Part shown: positions 1 to 12,739 of the stretch, in pieces
Layout: every line of letters begins with the position of its first letter
How positions within the stretch are numbered: the stretch's first letter is position 1
NCBI GenBank assembly: GCA_002633005.1
Contig: NMRA01000472.1
Location: forward strand, 252,071-316,070
Length of the DNA: 64,000 nucleotides
Direction of reading: 5' to 3'
Origin: Phoronis australis
Taxonomy: Eukaryota; Animalia; Phoronida
The notes under the pieces: generated by a model
What the model was told of the DNA's origin: nothing
Database searches by the model: none
What the model saw: the letters and a program-made list of their open reading frames with translations, nothing else
Position numbers and translations under genes: made by a program

Positions 1-190
1 GAGTCCTCAAAGTGGGCAGAACACAGAGTGGCCCCGGACCGAATCGCTTGGTCCACGATGACGTCCCACACTCTCGTTCGGCGCACGAAGTCATGCCACT
101 TCTGCGCAACTTTGGTGTCCTTCGGAACACCGAGACGTTTTCCGCCTGGCTGCTGTTGCTGCAGCCTCCGGAAACACATCTTTTGATCCC
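1..190 (-). pseudogene. THAP zinc-finger domain remnant (frameshifted), probably transposon-derived
   Basis: Minus-strand translation gives RCVSGGCSNSSQAENVSVF, then after a frameshift near 125 PKDTKVAQKWHDFVRRTRVWDVIVDQAIRSGATLCSAHFEDS. This is the C-x4-C...P...W...C-x2-HF THAP signature; it runs off the window edge. Confidence 0.75.
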
Positions 191-415
191 TGTACGAACC
201 TTCTCGGCGCTAAATGTACTTTGCATTCTCTTCACTCTATACACTTTGTCTCTGATCCGAACGGTATGGCGAACGACCTGGGTTCAACCCATGACGTTGT
301 ACATAATTATTTTTTTTTCAATTTTTGCGTGTTTCTTTATGAGCTGTGCACTAAAGGCACTGAAATCAAGTAAGATATAATAATAAAATTTATTTTGAGG
401 TACTAGAGTCATGTT

Positions 416-950
416 GTGTACACTTTAAATGGCGTGTCTGCTGTATCTAGTTATACACAGCCTGTTGAGTCGGACCTGAACCATTCCTTGCCAACTGGCC
501 ATGACGAGTCCAGTCCAAGTGACCAAGAACAGCAGGATTTTGATGGTGTAAATTGTGAAGATGCAGATACTAGAATTGCTTACACCGTCTTTGATCACAA
601 GTTGTTCATATCCTTACTAAAACCTGTTAAAACTCGCTGGCCTGGAAAAACATGTTCTTAATAATGGATACATACTATTTACCAATGTTCTGACTAGACT
701 TAAGTTTTCCTGCACCAAGTCATGTTACCTTTTTAAGGCTGGCTACATCAGAACTCACCAGTGGGTAATGCCTCTTCTGAAATTACTTAAGTATACCAAA
801 GCTGGGAAAACTGAAAAGAGGGAAGAAGCTCTCGAACTTCTTTTTGACTTGCTACATAGACTTGCTGCTTTAGGTGCCGCCAAAATACAAGTCTTTTAAA
901 AAACATAACAATTCTTTTAAGCATATGGTAAAAAACAATCTATGACAGTG
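416..950 (+). pseudogene. Frameshifted copy 1 of the tandemly triplicated ~215-aa ORF of unknown function
   Basis: SAVSSYTQPVESDLNHSLPTGHDESSPSDQEQQDFDGVNCEDADT matches 3079-3723 and 4939-5589; frame breaks near 625-660. Confidence 0.7.
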
Positions 951-1292
951 TGTGTGATTTGTATATTAGTAACTGGCATTGTGTAAACCATTCCTTCATG
1001 GTAGTGCAAATGAGGTTAAAGAAGAAAGTCTTATTACATTCCGTAAGGTGGTGCTATCAAAATGGAAGTCTGGGCTTATACCCTAACGTTAGTTTCTTTC
1101 AAGTTTGGCGATATAATGTATTTCGTTGGAGGTGTCATAATCCCCATATCACGAAATCATCGTTGTCCATTCTGCAGAATTGATGGGTCGCCTTGTACAA
1201 TTGGCGTAGTTTTCAAAATGTAGGACCGGTAGCACTCTTCTGGGCCGAAAAAGGCTGTTAGTGAAGAATGTTTTATCATGCCTCATTCAGGT

Positions 1293-2153
1293 TTTTATTT
1301 GCCCATATATTTAGATGTGGGTGCATATTACCGTCATCTCTAGGCGTCCGCCGTCCACGGCTATTTCTCCTAAACCCCTTGCAGGATCGTATGGAAATTT
1401 GGTGGGTGTGTTCTTATGGGGCTGACGGCAGAGTACGACGAGTTTTTGACCAACCTGATTACCACTGTGCCCCCTAGTGGCAATTTTAGGGTTTTTTTTA
1501 CGTTTACCTCTGTATCTTCAACAGATTTTCATGGAATTGGGCACTTCTTCATCTGTTAATGAGGTCACGCGTTCTTCCTGTTTATGGATGGATTTGAGGT
1601 ATTTTGCGTCATCTGGTGTCTGTTTTTACCGTTTTCGAGTCTGTTTTTTTTTTGCATCAGCCCCTCTATCAACAAATCCACTCTAAGGATGGTTGTTAAA
1701 ATTGGCGTTTATGTTTTTAGTGTGAAGAGAACGGTTGACGATGATTTTCCGACCACTTTAACTGCTATGTCTCCTCCTTGTGGCAGTGTTTTTTCGCTCT
1801 TAGCTGTATCTCCTAAACCCACAACGGGATCTTTATTAAATTTGGCCAGTGTATTTATATGAAGTCGATAAAATAAGAAATCGACTTTCAGATGGATCCG
1901 ACAAACTATTCCCCTTAGTGGCAATTTCATTTTTTCGTTTTCCTCCGTTTCTCTGAAGTTTCTTGACAGATTTTTTAGGAATTGTGGTAAATAACTTTCT
2001 ATTAAAGAAACTTTGACATGTTCTGGCTTTGGATGGATTGGACATATTTTGCACCATCTAGTGGCCATTTTTATGGTACAGATAAACACCCCTAGAAGCA
2101 CACCGTTTGCAGTGCATTCGTGGACTCATTTCAATGCAGCGCATTGCTCTTTT
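1293..2153 (+). mobile_element. Non-autonomous Helentron-associated (HINE/DINE-1/pearl-like) element
   Basis: Starts in a T-run with ...atgtgggtgcatattaccgtcatct..cgtccg, has internal degenerate repeats (gaaattgg, gtggc...ccctagtgg) and ends agcacaccgtttgcagtgcattcgtgg...gctctttt. Homologous to 19100-19565 and 22813-23370. Family assignment is inferred from structure. Confidence 0.6.
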
Positions 2154-2619
2154 TCAGTTTTCAAGGGCTTCTAACTTTGTGAATGCCCACAAATTTTCAA
2201 AACTTTGTTTGATAGTATCTGTGCTACAAAACCTGAACGTGGAAATAATTTAATTTTGTGCTACATGTCTTTCTTAAAAAATGATGCAGCAAAATTCCAT
2301 CTATCGGCCATACTGTGTCCTAAATTGACAAGATTTTACCACAGTAACCTATGAATGGAATCTAACACTTAGAGATGTGGCTATAGGACTGTGTGTTGTA
2401 GTTACCTTCCCACCAGGACCCTTTGTGGTTGTATGTGTTCATGTGGAACAGTTTCTGGAAAATATTCAGAGCCCATCAGAAACAATGGGTTGTTCTATGT
2501 TTACAGGGGACTGTTGTTGTGCATTCCCACGTGACAACAACTGCATCAATTAAATGTGTCGCAAGTCCCATGAAAATGGACAACACCTTCAGTGGCAGAG
2601 TATGAATATTTTTAAAAAT

Positions 2620-3060
2620 GTTAAAGAAAGCACTCTGTAGCCAGATCAGCTTGAAACTGTAGGTAACATATGACAACAGAGAAGAGTGTTTTGTCAAGTC
2701 AAGTTGATAGTGACCCAGTATTGTCCGATAAGGCCGAAAGTATAAGCTTCTGACCAAAGAAAGCTTTGTTTTGTCAGATCAAATTGAGATTCATTGTAAC
2801 CTTTTACAAAAATTGGCTTCATATTTTCACGTCAGACCGAAACTGTAACTTCTGACAAAAAATGTCATTTTGTCCAATCGGGTCGAGATTCATCGTAAAC
2901 TCTGACAAAAATAATTCTGTTTGTAAGATCAGGTTGAAACTGTAACACCTGGCAAAAGAGAGTCTATTTTGTCAGATATCAGGTTGAGATTCTTTGTGAA
3001 CTCTGACAAAACGATTCTGCATTATCAGATCATGTTGAAAGTGTAGACTCGCAGAAAAAT
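2620..3060. repeat. Degenerate tandem array with internal inverted motif (ctgacaaaa / ttttgtcag)
   Basis: Repeated tttgtcagatcaggttga...ctgacaaaa units of roughly 55-60 bp; the array recurs at 4480-4920. Confidence 0.6.
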
Positions 3061-3076
3061 GAACCTTTATTTCCAG

Positions 3077-3723
3077 CAGTGGTGGAATCTATAGTCTCGG
3101 TGAAAAGTGAGCCTCAGTTCACGTGCTTTCCTGACCACGATGCCTCTGTTCACGACTGTAACGAGTATGTTGGGAATGACTGTGCGTCTATGTTGTCTGA
3201 TAAGGAAATGTTGGACGTGTCTGCTATATCTAGTTGTACACAGCCAGTTGAGCCTGACCTGAACAATTCCTTACCAGCTGGCCATGATGAGTCCACACCA
3301 AGTGACCAAGAACAGCAGGATTTTGATGGTGTAAATTGTGAAGATGCAGATACTGGGATTGGTTACACCGTCTTTGATCACAAGTTGTTCATTTCCTTAC
3401 CAAAGTTGTTAAAACTTGCTGGCCTGGAAAAGCATGTTCAAAGTAATGGATACATACTATTTAACAAAGTTCTGACTAGACTTAAGTTTTCCTGCACCAA
3501 GTCATGTTACGTTTTTAAGTCTGGTTACATCAGAACTCATATCTGGATAGTGCCTCTTCTGAAAATACTTAAGCATACCAAAGCTGGTAGAACTGAAAAG
3601 CGGGAAGAAGTTCTCGAACTCCTTTTTGACTTGTTACATAGACTGGCTGCTTTAGGTGCCGCCAAAAAGTCTTCAAGAAGACATTACTGTTCTGTTAAGC
3701 ATATGGTAAATGACAATATATGA
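3077..3723 (+). CDS. Uncharacterised ~214-aa ORF, copy 2 (probably a terminal exon, or a mobile-element ORF)
   Basis: Open frame 3079-3723 preceded by the acceptor-like ctttatttccag; closely similar to copy 3 with the frame preserved. Confidence 0.45.
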
Positions 3724-4000
3724 CAGTGTTCGTGTTTTGTATATTGGTAACTGGCAAGGTTGGTGCTATCAAAATAAAAGTCTGGGCTTATGCACTAACG
3801 TTAGTTTCTTTCAAGTTTGGCGAGACAAGGCAGTTGTTTGGAGGTGTCATCATTCCCATTTCTCGAAACATTCGATCTCCATTTTGCGGGGGTCGATCGC
3901 CTTGTACAATTGACTTAGTTTTTAAAATGTAGGACCACTGACACTCTTCTGGGCCGAGAAAGGCTGTTAGTGAAGAATGCTTTATCATGCCTTATTCAGG

Positions 4001-4200
4001 TTTTCATGCACCCTTAAATTGATATGTGGGTGCATATTGCCGTTATCTCTGTCTAGGCGTCTGTCGTCCGCAGCTGTATTTCCTTGCTGGATTTTACTGA
4101 AATTTGGCAGGTGAGAACAGAGGACGAGACGAGTTTCGGACCGACCCGAGTACCACTGTGCTCCCTAGTCGCAATTTTCACTTTATTTGCGTTTACCTGT
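4001..4200 (+). mobile_element. Truncated 5' part of a HINE-like element
   Basis: ttttcatgcaccc...atgtgggtgcatattgccgttatctctgtc, same family start as 1293 and 22813. Confidence 0.55.
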
Positions 4201-4204
4201 TTCT

Positions 4205-4449
4205 ACAACGACGACCAAACTTATCTAAACCGAGTCAGATCAATGACTGACTCGAAAGCTCTCTTAATCCGACTATATGAAAAGAAATTGGCGCGAAATT
4301 CTTGCCTCTCAAAACGTCACTTCCGGAGTAGAGAATGAATAATTAAGTAAATTACGAAAAGGTGTAATTAAGGGGAAAATATGTCTTGGATAATCAACGA
4401 ATCTTATTTTTGCTAAAAATAGCATGAAAAAGGTTGCCTTCGCCTTCAA
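4205..4449 (+). mobile_element. Solo terminal inverted repeat of a Kolobok-like element
   Basis: Homologous to the right TIR at 25237-25479; ends aaaaaggttgccttcgcct. Confidence 0.75.
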
Positions 4450-4936
4450 ATGGCAGAGTATGAATATTTTTTAAAAAATTAAAGAAAGCACTCTCTTGCC
4501 AGATCAGCTTGAAACTGTATGTAGCATTTTACAGTAGAGAAGAGTATGTTTTGATAAGTTGATAGTGACCCAGTATTGTCAGATCAGGCCGAAAGTGAAA
4601 GATTCTGACAAAAGAGAGCCTAGTTTTGTCAGATCAGGTTGAGATTCATTGTAACCCCTGACAAAAATAATTCTGTATCGTAAGATAAGGTTGAAACTGT
4701 AACATCTAACAAAAGAGAATCTATTTTGTCAGATATCAGGTCAAGATTGATCGGGAATTCTTATCAGATAAGTTTGGAAGAATAACCTGTGACAAAAGAT
4801 AAGTATAACCTGTGACAAAAGATAGTCTGTTTTGTTAGGTCAGGTCGAAATTCATTGTAACCTATTGCAAAAACAATACTATTATCAGATCAGATAGAAA
4901 ATGTAGTCTCGCAGAAAAATGAACCTTTATTTCCAG

Positions 4937-5589
4937 CAGTGGTGGAATCTATAGTCTCGGTGAAAAGTGAGCCTCAGTTCACGTGCTTTCCTGACCACGA
5001 TGCCTCTGTTCACGACTGTAACGAGTGTGTTGGGAATGACTGTGCGTCTGTATTGTCTGATAAGGAAATGTTGGACGTGTCTGCTGTATCTAGTTGTACA
5101 CAGCCTGTTGAGTCTGACTTGAACCATTCCTTGCCAGCTGGCCATGACGTGTCCACACCAAGTGACCAAGAACAGCAGGATTTTGATGGTGTAAATTGTG
5201 AAGATGCAGATACTGGGATTGCTTACACTGTCTTTGATCACAAGTTGTTCATTTCCTTACCAAAGATCTTAAAACTTGCTAGTATAGACAAGCATGTCAG
5301 ATATCAGGGGTATTCTCAGCTTAACAAAGTTCTGACTAGATTTAAGTTTTCCTGTATCACGTCATGTTACCTTTTTAAGGGTGGCTACATCAGAACTCAT
5401 ATTTGGATAATGCCTCTTCTGAAATTACTTAAGCATACCAAAGCTGGGAGAACTGAAAAGAGAAAAGAAACTCTTGAACTTCTTTTAGACTTGCTACTTA
5501 GACTGGCTGCTATAGGTGCCGCCAAAATACAAAAATCTTCAAGAAGACATAACAGTTCTCTTAAGCATATGGAAAAAGACAATGTATGA
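4937..5589 (+). CDS. Uncharacterised ~216-aa ORF, copy 3
   Basis: Open frame 4939-5589 with the same acceptor-like context as copy 2. Confidence 0.45.
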
Positions 5590-6618
5590 TACTCTTCGTG
5601 TTCTGTATATTACTAACTGGCAAGGTATGAAACCATTCCTTGAGGATAGTAAATGAAGAGAAAGAAGAAAGTTTTATTGCATTCTGTAAAGCGGTGCTAT
5701 CAAAATGAAAGTCTGGGCTGTGTACCCTGACGTTGGTTTCTTTCTAGTTTGGCGAGATATTGCTATCTATAGCAGGCGCCATAATTCCCACGGCCCGAAA
5801 TCATTGTTCTCCATTTAGCGGAAGCCAGGTGTCGTCTTGTACAATTTAGGTAGTTTTCAAAATGTAGAGCCGCTAACACTCTTCTTGGGCGAGGTGGGCT
5901 GTTAGTGAAAAATATTTTATCATGCTTGATTCGGGTTTTCAATTTTTATATCTGCATTGCGTCTCTGTGTGTAATGGTAAAACTTTATTCATATCAGAAT
6001 GACAAATGGCAACGTCTTCTGTGTGGCGAATGCCCCACGGATATGCGTCATTGTGGATAAATACTGGAGAATAAGAGAAGGCGCTTTCCCGGTTATGATC
6101 CAGAAAGAAGTGCTTGCAAGAAACCAAAGCATGTGGTTAACGGCAAACCCAGAGTGAAATATCCACATTCCTAACTTTCGCAAAGATTTCGAGTATCTGG
6201 TGAGAAATCGGCTTTTCTGGGCCTTTCCAAAAAGTTTCTTCAACCGTGCGCTCCTCATTTACTGGTACTGTTGCGTACTTATGGAATTGTTGAGTGATTC
6301 TATTGGGCAATTGAAAATACTCTTACTTCCCTGCATCAAAAGTTGACAATGAGTCCCCCAAATACACTCGTGTAACGTGTGCGAGTTAAAGCACAAGGGC
6401 CTCATGTCCAATTGACCCCCCCCGGATGCGCAAGTCCCATGAAAATGGACAACGTGTTAGTGACGGAGTATATTATTTTTTTAAAATATTCTTGATTTTG
6501 TCAGCGGGTTGCCTGGCAGACATCAGAAAGAATTAGCGGTTTGTTTTAAATCACAAAAACAAACAACAGATTCAGCTTCTATGTTTGGTCATAGCTAATT
6601 CCTTAAAATAGTCTGTCC

Positions 6619-6782
6619 CAGGGGCGGATCCAGGATTTTTAGTTAGCGGGGGGTGGCAGGTCATACTATTAGCCAGTATTTTGTCGTCGAGACATTCGCA
6701 TCCCCCAATTGCCAAATGTAATCTGGGAGAGTTTTGGGGGGCATGGCCCCCTTGGCCCCCCCCCCCTCTAAATCCGCCACTG
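6619..6782. mobile_element. Short MITE (CAGGGGCGGAT...ATCCGCCACTG)
   Basis: Terminal inverted repeats; flanks tgtcc/tatcc; second copy at 15662-15805. Confidence 0.7.
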
Positions 6783-7639
6783 TATCCCATCTAACAATGA
6801 CCCGATGCTGGTTCCTTTAATTCATGCGTGCTGCCATTTCCATTGTTGGGTTGGGTCCACATAGGCCCTATATGATTGCTGGCGCTATTCATGTGAGATA
6901 GCAGAAGCGACTTAAGGGAAGCACAGAGTTGCGAAACGTTAAGAAGGTGGGCGTATTTCACGCGGAGCTTATATAGTCGGAACCTGGACTTGTAATAAGA
7001 TCATATTCGGATGCATATTTCGGGCCACATATTCCGCTGCTCGCGTTGACCTATATACGTGCTTTTATACCTAGCAAGCACTTGTCTTCGCTTGTTCTCC
7101 TGTAAATCTTTGATCTGCTTTGTAAGTTCTGTCCCAAGCTCATCGAAAAAACTTTGCTTTTCAAAGGATTGAATGTTTTTGGAACACAGATGGTGCACAG
7201 TGGTATTTAAGATGTGCTGATGCATTGGAGTGTTCGAATGAGTTTGCCTCGCATGTCGGAACTAGCCATTTCTCCTTTATTACCTACGTAATATCTTATG
7301 GAAAATGTAAAACAAAAGCAGCTTAAGGAATGCTTAATCTTTTAAGGCATGTTTGTTTCCCACTCGTTCTTCGATTGGGCGGAGTATAGAGACCTTACCT
7401 GTTTTCTGAGAGCCGTGAGGCAATAGTTATCCTATCTTTATTGGTCTACAATTGTTATTCGTTAACTTCGTTATGGGAGAGGATATGCAGGTGACACTGT
7501 TTCATTCAATGATAATGTGTGCTAGATATTCACTTGGTGGTGCTAAGCAACAATGGGTCCCCTTTTTGTTACCTGACTATATTGAGAACTGAAAACTGTT
7601 CCCCAGCGTAGAGGACCTACAGTCCCACGTGACTGCTCG

Positions 7640-7990
7640 GATGCATGCGGGACCTTGTTTACTAGCCCGACCTTGTGTATTTCTAGCTCCCATTGTTCAT
7701 GATAAAATCCTGTACCGGAGTCTAGTATGCGTACTTTAAAACTCGGCTCTAAAATTGAATGCAACACTTGGAGTAAGTTTACAAATTTGTTGAGTGATTG
7801 ATTAATTTTCGATTCTGAGTCCAGTCTAAAATGTTCGGGTATTAAAGTTTGGCCGCCCTGGGCGCCGGTTGAATAAAAGTTGTACGTTGAGGTCGCATAA
7901 CGCGTGGCAATGTTATTTATGAACTAAGCTCTGGACTTCTTGCAGTAATCAAATTTGTGCAGCCTTCTGCTTTTGAAGTTTTGCGCAACT
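7640..7990 (-). mobile_element. Highly degraded Penelope-like GIY-YIG endonuclease C-terminal remnant
   Basis: Minus-strand fragments EHFRLDSESKINQSLN and FKVRILD...LEIHKVGLVNKVPH resemble the end of Penelope ORFs; many disruptions. Confidence 0.3.
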
Positions 7991-8064
7991 CAGCCCTGTA
8001 AAATAACTTTCTTCTTGAACTGCAGTCATTACACCAACAATCACCCCCGATTTTTGTTACATTA

Positions 8065-8292
8065 CATGTGCGTACCCAGGGGTGGGAGGCTCCGCGGGGT
8101 CTCGTTCGACCCCCCCGTTTGACGAATTGGGCAACAAGGTAAGCATCAGAGAAACGGAAAGTCCGAGATAACGAGACAAAAATCCCTCAACTACCAAAAT
8201 TCGGCGAACGCACAATTCACAGCTTTTTTTATGTAAAAGGTGCATATCCCCCAAAAATCGAGCCCCCATTTTTTAGGCTGGGTGCGCGCATG
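8065..8292. mobile_element. MITE (CATGTGCGTACCCAG...CTGGGTGCGCGCATG)
   Basis: Imperfect TIRs, flanks catta/cgtta; related inverted partial copy at about 8930-9188. Confidence 0.65.
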
Positions 8293-8569
8293 CGTTAAGC
8301 AGTGTACACTTGATTCCAGAAAGGACATGCTTTGATAATAGGCTGATACTTTGAACTGTAAATGCTATATTTTTAGTAGATGGTTGATATGGTGCTATTT
8401 TTCGATTATTTGTAGCGTATGGTTTAGTTTCGTATTTTGATTTTGTAATTTTGTAGAAAGTTGTACTGACGCGATGTTATTTAGAATAAAGTTAATTCTC
8501 CTTGAGGGAAAACTTTTTCTTCATTCGACTCACTCGATGCTTGTTGTAAGGAAGGTTTATATTGTACGA

Positions 8570-9630
8570 TATTTGAATTAGAGTAAATAGGCCTCCGGCC
8601 CACATTGCAAATTAACAACGGATTTGCATCTTTGAGTTTCAGCTGGTAAAATAAACTTGACTACTTGTCTTGGTGTTCTCGCGTCTTCTCTCTGTAAGAG
8701 TACTTTAAACATGACAATACCTTATGATGTATTACCAATGTACCTGTTTCTAGCTTCATCATACAAGGGGCATTCTGAACAAAAATGGTGTTCTGTTTCT
8801 GTGTAGTTCATATTCTGTCGTTAATGGCGAGATCCGTGTGTCTCCCTTAGTTAACACTCAGAAGAGAATGGCCGCAACATTTAGTCTAACCAAAGCGGAT
8901 CTGAACAAAACACTATCGAAATGTCTTGTATAAGCTGGGGACGAGAAATGAGTTGCGCCCACCCAGCCTACAAAATGGGGGGCGCGAGTTTTTGAGACTG
9001 GGCCTTTTACCAAGATTCACGGGGTACGTTCAGACCTATGAAATGTGCTTTCGTCTTATTTTTATAATTCCTGCCTATTTAGTGGACTTTTGTCTCGTTT
9101 TCTACTTTTTTAGGAGTTTTAGTTTCTCTGAGGCGGACCTTTTTGCAGACTTCGCACGTTTGAGACCCCCTCCCCTGGTGCGCGCATGTAACCAACTTAT
9201 CATCCCAGTGTTGCACGTTCAATGTCAATACATCGCTGCTTTTAAGCATTTAAAATTCCTTAATAAAATCATACACCCATATACCAGACTATTCCAAAAC
9301 CGTATTCGAATAGAATTGTCTTCATATTTAATACCCAACAAGGTTTAAATTCAGCCATTTCACACTGTACACCAATACATGTCTACTGACTCGGTGATTC
9401 GAGAACTCTAAACCAGTACTTTTAATAATTACTGTGCTCAACATCAATACTTTTACAATTGTTCTCCCATGTTCGCCTCTAGCAGCAACACTTGAGACAT
9501 TCGGACTAAGTTGTAACAGATATTTGCAGAACTTATTATGAACTTTGTTTTAGTTGTCTTGGGCGCATTTGCGTTGCTCTTTTCTCCGTATTCAGCCCGA
9601 CATCAAACACGTTGCCATGCGACCATTTAT
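8570..9630 (-). mobile_element. Degraded LINE ORF2 C-terminus, interrupted by a MITE at about 8930-9188
   Basis: Minus-strand peptides KVHNKFCKYLLQLSPNVSSVAARGEHGR and TETEHHFCSECPLYDEARNRY are typical post-RT and C-terminal Cys/His motifs of non-LTR retrotransposons. Confidence 0.7.
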
Positions 9631-10946
9631 AAACGTGATAATTAAAGCGTTTATTTTTGCTTCTACTCACCTTTTTTTCTAATTTCGCGTCCAAAAATGT
9701 TTGAGATACACTTAAAGCTATAATGGTAGTCAGTGTTCCGGTTCAACGGAAATCCACGATTAGGAACTTTTTGTCTTACCGCGACAGAACACGGTTTTAG
9801 AAAAATTCGCTAATCACAGAATAACTGAACTTGTAGTGCGAGTTACTGGACTCAAAACCGTCGTTCAAATGTGAATGAAATGTTAGATAAATGACAGTTT
9901 AATGTGCCTTTCCGCAGTGCTACGGGAACTGGCACAAAGTGTACTAGATCAGTTGAGCACGAGTCTGAAATGCTTGGAAAATTTCTGTGCCTGTGATCCA
10001 TTGAAAATGGTCTTAAACCATCAGGGGATCAAGGTCCACAATCCCTCGAATGTCAGTCCCATTCCCTTGTGAAAAATATTAAGAATCACGCGAAATCACC
10101 CTCATGAGTATCGTGGACCGTTCGGGTGAAAGTGTCGCGCTTCATTACGCTCGTTATTACGACCAAAACTGGACTCGTGTTTTACGAGCGAAATCGTTAT
10201 ATATACACTGTGAAATTGAGCTCTGTGGAAGATTTAGGCTCCTTATTTTAGCAAGTAGTCGTTAGATCAAAGTACCAGTCCACGATACCTCCAGCTTTTA
10301 AACTAATACGCAGTTGATATTGTTTTTGTTGTGCAAATGGTTTGTTATTCAAATGTTTTGTATAAAGAATGAGTGAATTACCACCAACATTTAGAAGTTC
10401 TACATTACAACACGAAAATCGTTTTGAACCTATGCCCTTTGCAATGTCATACGTCATCTGCACTCACTGATAAGAATAAGAGAATGGCCTAAATATTGAA
10501 AAAGCAAAGCAATTTTCTCAAATCAAACTTATCGTAATCTATTTTGCCCGGGGTACACCACGAGCTATGTTGCAGAGTAAAGCGAGATGAGTATTGCCGA
10601 TAATGTCATTTATTATGACGTAATTTGAAGAGCTAAATAAGACTCGGCAAGATGGGCATGGAAAAAACGCCATAATGACATGGGAATACTGGCGTGGGCC
10701 ATCCGAGGAAGCGTAACCCGGGCAATAACAACGGTAGATTGTGCAAGAAAATATCCATGATTAATAAAGGTATAATTAAAACTAGAATAGAAAATTCACA
10801 ATGCAACCTGAGATAAAAAGCACCAAGCACTAATGACTAGAATTTCCAAAAATAATGGAACTACAGACCTTTTGGCCGCAGACTGCAACAACAGACCTGC
10901 GCAGGGAAAGAGGTAGGCAGCTACAAAAGGCCTGACATAAAAAGCA

Positions 10947-12147
10947 TTGTCAGAGAACCATAAGCTTACATTTACTCCTCATTGTCGCGAACTCGTTCAA
11001 AAAGTACAAAAATTAATTAATCCAATTAGAATTATCTCTCGTCATCTCAACTCCATGCATCTTGAAACTCTGTTCAAGTCTTTTGTACTTCCACATCTAG
11101 ATTACTGTGACATAATCTACCAACCGGCAAACGCTGGCATACTTCTCCAATTAGAAAGACTACAATATCAAGCAGCTTTAGCCATAACTGGGGCATACAA
11201 AGGGTCCAACACAATCAAAGTTCTAAATAGTCTTCACTGGAGCAAACTAGCAACCCGTCGTAAACTCCACCTGTCCATGTATACATTCAAAGTCTTAACC
11301 AACATAAACAATTACTCTAACAAAATCCTCTTTGACTCCTACAAAAGACCAAGCACGAGACCAGGACTGCGGCAAAGCAATATGTATACTATTCCAGCCT
11401 CCATCAGCCAAGCCTTTAGAAGATCAACGACAGTAACTTGTATTGACAACTGGAATTCCTTACCATTCAAAATAAAAGAAAGCACTTCAATCGTCACTCT
11501 CAAAAATAACTTTAAAATGCATACCACTACTCCAGACTTGCCAGTCCCATTGACATCATTTCAACTTCCCCGCAACCATGAAATAACCCTATACAGATCA
11601 AGATGTGGTCTATTCCTAAACAACGAGAAATTTAGACATAATTTTAATAATATTTCGGCTCTGTGTTCCTGTGGAGATACCCAGACATATCCTCGTGTTT
11701 TCTTTGCTTGTGAGGTATGCAAGGAGGAGAGGGTACAGCTCTTCCAGGCACTCGAACAATACCCCAATGTTTATAAAAAATACTCTGAAATTCCGCAATT
11801 GTACAGCAAAATTAATTTCTTTCTATATGGATGTCAAGAACAAGAACTTAACTCAAACGAAAATATGGTTTTATTTGAAATAGTATCAGAATTTCTTTAT
11901 AACATTAAATCTCTTTGTGTGAGTGGATAGAATTTTATACATCTGTATGAAAATAAATTATTTTCATTCGTTGTCATATATCATCGTATTCTTAACATCA
12001 GTTTTTTTATTTATGTATTTGTATATAATCATTGTATATAGACTTCTTTGTATTTTTTTACCCAGATCTAATGCCTCTTGGCGCTTTCTGGGTTATGTAT
12101 ATTCATTGTATTCTGAAGATTTCGTAATAAACATTAAAAAAAGAACC
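10947..12147 (+). mobile_element. 5'-truncated LINE (CR1/L2-group) with a 327-aa open C-terminal ORF2 and 3' UTR
   Basis: LFKSFVLPHLDYCDIIY, LERLQYQAALAITGAYKGS, WNSLP and CSCGDTQT...FFAC; ORF 10947-11930, then AATAAA and an A-rich tail near 12127-12145. Confidence 0.9.
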
Positions 12148-12739
12148 TGCTAGATATACATTTTGGCACAATGTGTACTAAAATGGGCCACTCTGAAATG
12201 TTTGGGATGGCTAGTGCAAAAAATTTCAGTCAGTCTTCGATATTTTTCAGCTGCTTGCAAATTGCTTCTCGGATTTTACCTCCTGAACACTTCATAATAT
12301 GCGGAAAATATGAGCGAAAAATTACGGGCGTAAAATTACGAACGTAAAGTTATGAGCAAAAACTACAACCCTATTACTAACGTAAAATGCGAGCGAAAAT
12401 ACGAGCGTACAACTGCTTCAGAGGTCACGTGACGGACAAACCAATTTCTCACTGGATATATTGATAACGTTCGTCAAGCTGACAAGCGAAGTCTCGGTCG
12501 TACGAGCGTAATTATGCGCGACACTTTCACCCGAACGACCCACGATACATGAAGCCCGAAAATTCCCATCCAATAATGAATAAATTCCCTTCAAGGTTCG
12601 AAATCACTTGTAACTAACACAGTCGACGTTTCGAAACAGCACAAAATGTTATGTTTTGGTATAGCACTTGCGGCAGAGCCGATGAGGGTTAGTGAAAGGC
12701 CGGTGGTACCCAGTGAACTTGCAGTTTCCAATTTGGGGT

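Noticed and set aside
12-380. 122-aa plus-strand ORF
   Set aside because: Antisense shadow of the minus-strand THAP remnant.
5990-6300. Coding-like stretch (WQRLLCGECPTDMRHC...)
   Set aside because: In-frame stops and no family I can recognise; left unannotated.
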